A stretch of DNA of 64,000 nucleotides, from the NCBI GenBank assembly GCA_002189035.1, contig CM007992.1, positions 2,666,001 through 2,730,000 on the forward strand. Reading direction: 5' to 3'. Made by a program: the position numbers and the translations under genes. The stretch is from Utricularia gibba. Its lineage: Eukaryota > Plantae > Magnoliophyta. Shown here in pieces: positions 11,819 through 22,627 of this stretch (within the stretch, counting starts at the first letter, position 1; the number at the start of each line of letters is the position of its first letter). The notes beneath the pieces were generated by a model. That model did not search any database. It worked only from the letters and a program-made list of their open reading frames with translations, and was not told where the DNA came from.

Positions 11819-14674
11819 TCAAACATCATTGAGCTTCCTCTCTTGTTGAATGGACCTAAAGATTCTCGCAGCGGATTCAGAAGCAGAGATGGAGTTGTGG
11901 GGCACGACCTTTATCGGCCGCCGTTCAGTGACGGAAACCTTGGAGTAGTTCGGTCTCGAAGGATTGGCAGCAGGAGTGAAGATTGGGAATATTCCTCTAG
12001 GACCCATTCCGCTGCCTCCTCTGCTACTCCTTCCCACCTCAACTGGGCTGCTTGCTGTGCTAGCGAGGACTTCAGCATCCTCTGACTGCCGTGCATTAGG
12101 TACAGCTTTGAAGTCTCCGGCAGGCACTTGGCTCGGGAATGCAGGCGGGTGCATTTCATCCTTGGGAGAGCCGGAGAACGGGGCAGCGTTCATAACTGCA
12201 CCGAAGGCGGGGAAGTAGCCGTAAGGTCCCATCGAAGTAAATGGCATCGGACAGTGGGGTGGCGCAGGAACCCCGCATACTGGAGCCATGAAGTTGCTTG
12301 GGTTTGGATTCGATCCTGTGGAGCCGCAGGCACCGCACGATTGGCCAGGAAAGCAAGGCCCGGAATATGGCTTGTATACTAGTCCTTCAGCGGGAGACAC
12401 CACAGGAATCAACAACTGGTGGCCCTGCAGTTGACTGAAGTAGAAGAGGCTGCCACAGTTGCTGCTGCTGATGGTGGCTGGTAAAGGAGTTCCCTTGGGC
12501 GGCTTATCTTTAGATGACTGCTCCCTGTTTCCCGAGGCAGAAACTGGCGCTTTCTCAAAGGCATTTTCTGCAGTGGATTCCTTATAGATAGACGGCAGCT
12601 CCATCGAGACGCTTTGTTTGCGAACATTAGACATTGTCTCATTGCAGGAATCCGAGGGGGTTTCTTTTTGGGTAACCTTACAGGTATACTCAATACAGCA
12701 GTTTCTTCCTCGGGCAGGTGATGCGATGATGCAGATGCTGACTTCTGAACCTGAATCCAAAACATGACCAGGAAACAGTGAAACCCAAATGTAAGCAAGC
12801 CAATCAAAACAACAGGAATCAGTACGTACAACAAAACATGGAAAAGCAGCATTCTTTACCTTTATCAATTTGTGCAACTCAAATACTTGAATAGAGAAAA
12901 TTCTTTGTTGACTGCAAAGAAAGACCAACGGTCAAAATGCTCAAACCCCACAAGGACCGGTAAACTGTAAACCAAGATAACAAAGTCCAAACATCATTTC
13001 AATATCAGACCAAGATTATTCAAAAACTATGTTCCACAGTGTAGAAAGCTTCATTTATTTGGATTCGGCTGCTGAAATGTTCTTCAAGGAGGACTGGATG
13101 AACCCACGTTCTAGGAACAGTAAACTTACAACGGCAATTCACTTGACAGAAAAACTTCTCTAAACCCCTCAGCAATGTGAAGGTGACTGGGGTTTCCAGC
13201 CTTAGTTCAAATGTGTGTGTATACTTTCAGATGCACCAACCATGCTAAACATACGGACATTCGCCGCTCAGATACATCGAAGGTGGTGGCAGACAATTAG
13301 TTCCTTATTGTCATTAATTATTAGACTCTGCACCAGCTACCCACCCCCCATTTAATCAAACATATAACGCAGAGGCTAAACTAAAACATCCTATACTTCA
13401 ATTGAAATCTTCCACCACGTGCTCAGTCCAATAAGGAATGAATTGTTTTCCCATATTCCATAAGCAGGAAAGTCATTGGTCATTGTTAGTACGCAGAAAA
13501 GAAGGCCTTTGCATGTTCAAGATCTTCAGCTTAAGGAACGAATCATATTACTCTAAAAGCAAATCAAATCCAAAGAGTGGGATAAATCAAAAACGACAAT
13601 AAAAAATTAAAAAGTCAAGGCAGAACTGCTTACTCGGCAATAGTTCTTCGGGCTTTCCAGAAGCGTTTCTGACCAATGAGACCAACGACATCATCAGGCG
13701 TTATGCTTTCCATACTGGATTCAGTTTCCAATACAGAAGTTTCAGAAACGCTATCATCCCTCTCCAGGTTTCCCACCTGAAATGTGTTACAAGACCCATC
13801 TTCCAGACAGCTCATATTATTACTAGAATCGGGTATAACATTCTGATTCTGTGGATGAAAATTTTTCTTAGAATTTGGCGATGATTTCCTTTTTCCCAGT
13901 GCAGCAGCATCCTCCATACATTTGGAATTCTCAATACTTCCATCTGTCTTTGGCCTGTGACTAGTAGTCACTGGATTTTCATTTGGTTCGCGAGGCATGA
14001 ACGGACCTGCTTGTGTTCTGAAACACTCACTCTTCAGAATGGATGATGAGTTCAATGTATCATCCTTGCATTCAATAGCAGAAACTTTTGAATTCGGCCT
14101 TCTCTTATTTTCAGGATTTGAAGTTGAATCCCTTTCAAACTCCTCAATCCCACTTTCATCCAATCCTATACTAGACGTAGAGTGGATACAGATAGGAACC
14201 CTATAATCATCCTCAACTAGCTTCTTTCTTTGCTCAGTTTGCACCAATGAGGAGTCAGACGATAAGCAGTACTGATTCTCATAGTCATGCCTTGAAGTAG
14301 CCTGATGAACAAAAGCCAAAACGGTAAACTCATTGTTTAAAGGAAAAGAAACATAAACACACTAATTTCAAAGAATATTCAATCCTGTGCGTTTCAAACT
14401 CCACTTTTGCTTCTCCAAAACACATCGAACTCCCAACTTCCACAAAACAATATAACAACATTATGATTCTGCTACTCACCCTTACTAAGTCGGTGGAAGC
14501 ACTATTCGGCTTCAATATAGCAGGACTATGAAATCTCTGAGAAGGAATGCTGAGTTGTTCATATAGAGCCATCTTATTCCTTGGCGGCGCCCTTGGACCT
14601 CCCTTAAACGCATCATTCACATGAAGCCTAGGAAACATTGGCTCCATCACCTTTTCATCTCTCCCTCTCTTCAT
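11819..14674 (-). CDS. ELF3: EARLY FLOWERING 3; exons 14674-14480, 14301-13634, 12911-12860, 12750-11819, with a -1 frameshift early in exon 4 as written
   Basis: All four conserved blocks are present: I ([34 protein letters not shown]), II ([44 protein letters not shown]), III ([17 protein letters not shown]) and IV ([23 protein letters not shown]). Splice sites are canonical GT-AG. Confidence 0.95.
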
Positions 14675-15398
14675 CTCAAATAACTAAGCTTCCTTCCAAT
14701 CACTCTTTCGTACACCCTGAAAAGAAGAGCACAAACTTTGGTCCAATAATTTTCCCAATCATCCATAAATCAACCATATAGCTAGAAATCATTCTACTCA
14801 TAGCAATCAATGGACCCAATCAGCAAAACTATAAACCCTAATATAAAAAAAGAAATCATTTCATCCAATACTCATCCAAACGAAAACAGAAGCATAAAGC
14901 CGTCCTGGACCTTTAATTCCCGAAGGCAACAAACGACTCAGTGACCCGAAAATCGTGGAAAACAATCAGAAAAACACCATAGACGAACCACACAAAAAAC
15001 TACCAGAACTCTATGACTTAGGGATAGGGATATGATCTCCCAAAATGAAACAGAGGCTGGCAAACGATCAAGATGCGCGAAAACTGCCGTGGACCCGAGC
15101 TTTTGGATAGGAGGGAACCTTTTGCAGGTGGAGGCTGCTTATGGCGGTGGCCTACTTTTGCAACCGCCCACAGGATTACTAATATCTCGTAGCTGGTTTT
15201 TTGTTAGTCCAACTAAAATTAACAAATATATATTTACTAAAATAAGTTTAATACATCATGCATGTTTAATAGCATTTTAATTCTCTTGTATTTTAAATAT
15301 TTTATAAGGATATAATCTTAATAATCGATCATCAAATCATTTTTATTCCTGTTTATGATTGTAATATAAAGGTTCCCCTTTTTAGGGGAAAAAGCGCA

Positions 15399-15407
15399 AG
15401 ATATTTT
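15399..15407 (-). promoter_or_regulatory. Evening Element (AAAATATCT) upstream of ELF3
   Basis: The plus strand reads AGATATTTT, an exact Evening Element on the ELF3 sense strand, about 725 bp upstream of the ATG. Position fits an evening-phased clock gene, but AT-rich DNA makes a chance match possible. Confidence 0.55.
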
Positions 15408-17152
15408 TAAAAGTGGGGCATGATGCAATATTTTATAATTCAAAAAAGGTAAAAGAGAAGATGTGCCTTTGAAAAATTGAAGGAAGGGTTAGGATATCTT
15501 ATGCACACATTCTCAAAATAAATTTTCAGAAAAATAAGAATATGAATGCTATTTGGTTTAACGATTTTTTAACTCTTTTTTTATGGGATTTTTGTAACAT
15601 TGGATCATTTTACGATGTGATTTGGGAAACAAGAAAAAAAAAAACAAAGAAATGGCAACCCAAAAACATAAAAATTATAAGTTGAATGTCTATAAACAAA
15701 ATAGGTGCATGGACAAGGGTAGAGTCGAGGCCCAACGAGGTAGCAAAACTATGTCTCCTACTCCTTGGGCATTCATCAACGTAAGTCCCCCTTGTTATGT
15801 GTTGAGTTCTGCGCTGGTAGGGAGTTGGGGTGTCATCACTTGATGCTGAAGAAAATAATTTACTTCCTTATAGCACTAGCCTATTGAAGCTAAGATGTAA
15901 CTTATTAGGATGGGGATGTAACCTTTATATGGGAAGTAAAGGTTTTGAGGTAGTTAAGATATGTGTATTCTTATACCACACTTTTTCATTTCACATTATC
16001 ATTTATTTATTTTCTTATTCCGCATCATCATTTCTCTCACTTCACATTATCAAAATATTGACATTCTCTCATTCATGTTCCTACATTTCATGCTTTATTA
16101 ATAATATTTATTTATTTTATTTAAATTCTAGAAATCATTTTTAATATTATTAAAAAATTTAACAATTAAAATGCATATACTAAAACATTCAATATTCTAA
16201 ATAAAGACGGGAAAGGAAAATGAATTACATGATTTTTTTGACTTGGGGCATGGACATGAAGTGGCCATGCTCAATTAATTTCATCCCAAAATAGTTTTAC
16301 ACATTCATGTTCAGACGTCACATAAATTTTTTATAAAAAAATCATGATCCATGTGGCATTGATATCTGCCATCTATGCATTGGGCAAACATTAGTGCACA
16401 TATTCTTACATGGGGGAATTCGAAGTTACTCCCTTTTTGTTTATACAAGCTCTTTGAATTTCCTCTCTCCTTGTTTGCAACAAATCACGTTCTCTGTATT
16501 CCATTTAGAGGTCACTATTTATGGACCTCATTACCTTATGAAGTCTCTTGGTTAATGGGGAATGTTTTCCTCTTGTTTAGATTACTATGGTGTTGAACAC
16601 ATTATTACTGATTCAAAATATATTTGGTTGGTAAGTGATGGTTTTGGTGTTATATATTTGATTTGTGAGTTTTGTATTAGGGTGTCTTATTTGTCCTTGC
16701 GTTTTCATTTTCTCCTTTTGTTCTTAGGGTTTGTAAACCTTAGGGCCAATGGATAAAGGAGCTTTCAAATGTTTCTAGTCGGCAACTGATGAGAGGAATC
16801 TGATTATTGCTTTGAAGAATAAGCTAGCATAAGTACCTAGTCATTGAACCGTCGAAATTACGAGAAGATAAGCCAAGGATTGGCGTGGTTGCAGATTTGG
16901 AACCCTAATCCCAAATTTGATAAGGGAAAAAAATGTCCTCAGATCATGTTAGTTTGCAGAAACCCACCACCCTAGCAAGTTTTGTGATACTCACTCTCAT
17001 AGATATTGCAGTTTTTTTTCAAAACCAATGGATGTAACACCTTCCAACCAAACATCAGAAACACACAAAATTTTAATGGAAACTAGCCTATACTAGCTAT
17101 TCAAACGAGCCCTAAATGTAAACATTTGGTTTCAAAAGGGCAGATATGCAGT

Positions 17153-18507
17153 TGATAAACAGAAATTTTAGCAATGTCATTGCAAATAAAGCAATTCTCC
17201 GTATTAAATAAATTTATAAGCCTTAATCCTCACAAAATACAAATTAAACAAAAGTGTAAAGTGGAATTCGGGGTCGATCACAAGGAACTTGTAATTGTTA
17301 AGTGTTTTAGTAGATGCATAATTCGAAATACAATAATCTTAGTCTAAGCTCGAACTAACATAGGTAAGCAAGTTCAGTAAACGAAATCAGGTTTCAATGC
17401 GAAAGTTAACAAGTATTGGTTCTAACTCAGAATAATACGAAGATGCTTTAAGGGTCTGCAGATGGTGTGGTGCAAAAATGTCTAATTTAAATTAACATGT
17501 TCCTACACTTACAATTTCAAATAACCTAGGTCTATTCAGGTCATTCATTATATTTTCAGCTAATTTAGTCCCTAATATCATCACCAACATTGTAATTAGA
17601 TCTACCCGCATGCAAAGTGCATAGAACTAGGTCTACCCGGTTCTACTGGTTCTACCTCGGACTAACACCTACTGCTCCCGCCTTGATTTGTTACTACCTC
17701 TAAACTAAGCATCTCAGTTGTGAAACTACTTATTCCTTTCCTTAGCTCTACTCATGGATTGATAGAAACAAGAGCTAAGAAACAATGATGAATTTTATCT
17801 AGAATCCTAGATCTACACCACCATACTTTACCTTAGGGCATCCCTAGGGTTCTAGCTACTCATACATTGAAGGTAAAGCATGATAACATTAACATAAAAC
17901 AACGAAAATGTCAAAAACATCGTGAAAGAGTTGATTGCAGAAACTGAAAACATCAACAAATGAAAATAAAGTAATAAGAGTTCTAGTTTCAGTCTACTAC
18001 TGTTCCTCGGCTGGAACAGTAGCGCTGAACTGGGCTCTGATGTTGTTCTTGAGGATGAAGTTCTTCTTTTCCTCTCTTGGCTCAGTACTCGTTGTGTTGG
18101 GGGAGAAGCCCCGTTTGCTATGCGTTCTCCCATTTTCGAAAAATATCTCCCCTCCTTTACTCCATTGCACTGTTCCTGACACCAGCACTGTTCATGACCT
18201 GAACCTGTAGATTGTGGACGGCAAAACAGTGCATTATATCTCCTCTTTTGATGCTGCGCATTCTTCCAAATCTCTACATACGCGAAATTCATGTCTCCTC
18301 CCTAATTTTAGAACTTTGCTGCTGGATTAGAAAAAATGTTAATAACATGGGATGGACTAAATCAAAGAATTTAGCCCATTAACACATAAAATCACATTAT
18401 GTCCTAAAATTTGGTAAAAATACTAAAAACTATAAGATAAACACTTAAAACATGATTCAAAAGCATAATTTTCTTATTCTAATAATTGAAAAATTCGTGT
18501 GTTATCA
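17153..18507 (-). mobile_element. Solo LTR (1355 bp) of an Athila-like Ty3/gypsy family
   Basis: Ends TGATAAAC...GTGTTATCA, with the perfect 5-bp TSD GCAGT on both sides (17148-17152, 18508-18512). Homologous throughout to the LTRs at 49719-51094 and 58772-60147. Confidence 0.92.
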
Positions 18508-19149
18508 GCAGTTTTTCATGGCCACTAACACCATCGATTTAAGGAATTTTGCCCCATGCATTTCCTCTAAACTTAGATGCTTTTAAAACTAGGTTGTGAT
18601 TTCTAACACATCCATTCATTGTTTCTTTTATCACCACATTAGAAATCCTATCTTTTTACAACTTTTTTGCATTTTTACAAAATAATTCAAAAATGCATTT
18701 TTGCATGTTTTGGTGTTTGTCTTACCATATATCAAGTATGAGTAGAATTAGCAAATATAACTTAACAACCTGACTTTGATGTAGACTAAAGAATTAGGAT
18801 GGATAAAATAAGTGATATTCTTGGATAGAGATAGATAGAGCCATGTAAACCTAGTCTAATTTATTTGAAGAAATGGTATACCTAGGTATGAAATAGTTAT
18901 ATTAGATAATGTTGCAACTAACAGTTCAAATACGAAATCACTATTTATATATTGTGGTGGAATATAGTCATGAACAAAACACTACCTCCCTCAAACTAGA
19001 AAGATAGGAGTTGTTGCTTTTTACTTTACTTTTCTTCAAAACTCATAAGCAATGGTCAGCTATTCATGAATCTAGACTTAGGATTATTACATAAAGATTG
19101 CAATGTATGCCTGTGGATACATGCAAAAACCGATTGAATCTAAATAAGA

Positions 19150-20150
19150 AAATTTCTTATGAAAACTATCACATAATTTGAAATGTTGTTGAAAAATGTC
19201 TAGAATTGTTTGAGGAGGAGCATGCTATAAGATGCTTGGAACATTAATAAAGAAAAAAATTGATCTATAGTCAAACACACACAATCCAAGTTAGAGATAT
19301 AATCCAAACTTTTATTGGAAGAATAACAAAAATGCCAACAAGAGAGAGAGTTCAAGGATGGGACAACAATAATTTCACATTGAAAGTGCAAAGATCCTAT
19401 CAAACCCAATATTTTGGAAGTAAAACCAGCTAAACCAACAATAATTTCAGCAATCAAATCAAAATAATGTTGGAGGAATTTCTAAAAACTTTCACAATGC
19501 AATCCATCAAGAATCAAACCAAAATTCAACAAGCGATTAGGAATTTGGAAATTCAAGTGATTGAGTTAACAATAGAATGTAGAGAGCTGAAATGAATGGA
19601 AGTTTGACATGCCAACTTATGCTAAATCTGCATTCTAGTGGAAGACCGAATATTAGTATCATAACACTTTGAAATGTAAGGAAAAACCTATTAGGGAAAA
19701 TATTTTCATTAAAAATAAAACTGATTAAATAGAAGAATATAAGGTTGTTGTGATGAATATAATGCTCCTAAAGCCTTCGTTTTCAAGAAGATTGAAGTAA
19801 AGAGAAAAAGAACATAAGAAGGAGAAAATATTAAATTTTTTGGATAATTTTGAATTGAGCCTAACTCTATTGGAGTACATTGATTTTTTTTTGTTGAAAA
19901 ATATTAATATTTGAAGTAGCTTTGTATTTTCAAATGAAACTTAAAGGAAAAAGAATGAAATTGAGTGAAAGCTTCTATACTCTTCTCACATGAAAATTAT
20001 CAAAAATAAATGATTTAAGAGATGCATAATTTTTACCTATTGAAGGTAAATACTAAAACAAAATGATTTTTACCTACCCATTTGGTTGCGTTTATAGAAG
20101 AATGCCCTTTGGACTTTACAATACTACAATCACATTTAAGAGGTACATGA
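19150..20150 (+). mobile_element. Heavily deleted internal remnant of the same Athila-like family (gag, traces of protease/RT)
   Basis: At about 19467 the plus strand encodes MLEEFLKTFTMQSIKNQTKIQQAIRNLEIQVIELTIECRELK, homologous to the gag segment LEEMLKIFIAQSIKNQIENQQAIRNLEVQVSQLALELGDLK of the element at 49719-60147. Sequence near 20090-20115 resembles the RT YRRMPFGL motif. Confidence 0.72.
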
Positions 20151-20773
20151 TGTGTATGTTCTCCAATTTTACAATATATGAAAAATATTATGAATCTTGT
20201 TTATAAAAAATGTATTGAGAAAAAACTTGGTTTTAAATTTTAAAAATATCATTTTATGGTTAATTATGAAATTATTTTGGCATATGTGCTTTCTATGAAA
20301 AAGTATTGAACTAAGAAAGTCAAAAATTGAGATTATATCGAAAATATAATATCTAATTAAGGTAAGAAGAGTGATATCCTTCTTGAGACATGTCGTTTTT
20401 ATAAACAATTTATCAACAATTTTTTTCTAAAATTATTTTAGCTCTGAGTAGATTTTTATATAATGATATGAATGTTAATTTTGATTATTTTTTTAAAATG
20501 CTTTTAATTGATTAAAAATAACTATAAAAGCATCTTTATCTATTACCAAAAATTCAAAAATCCACTTGATATTACAAACTTTCCTAGAATTTTAATAAAT
20601 TACTTTCCATCTTTGATGAACTGAAATTTCTTTTGGTGTTTAGGTCTAAAAAGTTTTCTCATCAAAGGATTTATAAGTTAAACATGCAATATATAAATAT
20701 TATATAGGAAAATAAATGTAGTATTATCATGTCTCAATCGATGTACATGGAATAATTGATTTTTAGTTGCATG

Positions 20774-22627
20774 AGATAAACGAAAAATTTTGCATACGTC
20801 ATAAATATGAAATTTTTCCTATCAAATAAATTTATAAAACTAATTCATATCCAATTATACAACCAATATGTGTGAAGGTTGATGTATTCAGTTTATGTCA
20901 CGTAAAAGAGATTTAGTCTAAGTTAAGATTAAGTCAATTCGACAATAATATACAGAAAGATAGTAAACAAGTAAAAGCATATCTTTATTTAAAATAAAAG
21001 AAAGTGATGTATTGAGACACTCAGGAATAATATGCTAATCACTATAACTATCTCACCCAAACCTAAAATCATTCACCTAACAAACAAGGGCTCAAGTCTA
21101 TCCAAAACCCTTATTTTTCCCAAATTGTTGATCTACCTCTAATTAGGCTTGTTTAGGACAAAAACCACTACCTCTTCCTCCTAAATTTATCCTAGCTTAT
21201 TAAAAAAGTAGAGTGATTAAGTAGTAGTATGGTCTAGTGAACAATAATACACTCATCCCTCTTTATCCCAAGGCACTCCCATGTGCCTAGCGACTCATAA
21301 CAACGGAAATGAAAACACTTTAATGACATTTCATAAATATCATCTTAGTTCTAAAGTTCAACAACAACATAAAACGCATAACAGAAACATAAACAATAAA
21401 TAGTTCTCTTGGAAAAGCTAAAACAATTCCTAGTTAAGAATAATATCCTTCATAAGGGTGCGTTCGGTTGTTGGGTTTAGGTGGGTTGCGGCGTGGGTTT
21501 AGACATAAACCCACGTTTGGTTTGTGGGTTTCAGATGAGTAAAAATAAACCCACCTATTGACCATAAACCGAGTGGGAACCCGTGGAACTGGGTTTAGCT
21601 AAACCTAGGGGGGGAGGTCGGTTTAGCTAAACCCAACTCGGTGCTTCCACTTTTGCCCTCGCGTGAACCACATTTGAACGCAGATTTGCCAGAAGAAGAA
21701 GAAGAAGAAGAATGTGGGTTTTCATTTTTGGTGCTGAATGTGAGTTTCGTTTAGAAGACGAGCACTGCGTCTATTATTATTCGGTGCTTGCTATAAAATA
21801 TGAATTTTCGTTTTAAAGACGAGCACCGCATCTATTATTACTCAGTGCTTGTTATAAAATAAAGTTTCAACTAACCACCATAATTTATGTTATGCGGTGC
21901 TCGATTGAACTTATAAAATGATATAGAAAAATAAAATATATGATAATTTATTTTAATTAGCTAAAGAGTATATTGGTAATTTCATATGAAAATCATCACA
22001 AACCTAATTTTAAACCCACGTACCAAACGTGTATTCATCTTAAATCCAAATAATTTAAACTCATCAACCAAACACAGATTACACCCTTTAAACCCATGAA
22101 ATCGGGTTATCTAAACCCAAATAAACTAAACCTGGGTTTAGATCAAACCCACCAACCAAACGCGCCCTAAGTTGAAGAAAACTTCAAAAGATGGTTTGGA
22201 TCTTGGTTTTGTCTTCCTCGTCTTCCATGGTTCTGCTATAACTTCCTACTTACTTCTTCTTCCCCCCCCCCCCCCCCCAGAAGTCTAAATCATGTTCTAC
22301 AATGGGTGAGAGATATATTTTCTCACCCTTTATGATGTACAAAATCCACTTTTTGTCACATTAAGATTTGGTATCTTCCATTTTCAGCTTTTGTCCTCAT
22401 TTATCTGCTATCTCCACTATACACTTTCGTGTCCTTGGGATTTGAATTGCTAAAATGTACTACATTGCTCAATAGAATGATTAGAACTAAGATTAGGCAA
22501 GTAGGAATAAAAGACGCAAAAAATATCATTAATCACAAAAATACAGAAATACATAATAAAATCCGAGTTTTATAACAAAACATTAATTATTTTAATATCT
22601 TTAAACACTAAAAAATATGTGTTATCA
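20774..22627 (-). mobile_element. Older, diverged solo LTR of a related Ty3/gypsy family, interrupted by a MITE
   Basis: Start (AGATAAACGAAAAATTTT...ATCAAATAAATTTATAA) and end (ATGTGTTATCA) resemble the termini of the other three LTRs. Flanks GCATG/ACACG match at only 3 of 5 positions. Confidence 0.62.
21456..22167. mobile_element. Tourist-like (PIF/Harbinger) MITE, 712 bp
   Basis: TIRs GGGTGCGTTCGGTTGTTGGGTTT and AAACCCACCAACCAAACGCGCCC, TAA target duplication on both sides, many GGGTTT/AAACCC subterminal motifs, no coding capacity. Confidence 0.9.

Noticed and set aside
17852-18292. 146-aa and similar ORFs in the LTRs (also 50575-50919, 59703-59972)
   Set aside because: They lie inside LTR copies, have no domain motifs, and their lengths and frames differ between copies.
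22262-22278. C17 homopolymer (potential G-quadruplex on the minus strand)
   Set aside because: It is a simple run within a decayed LTR with no supporting context, and its length is unreliable in this assembly.
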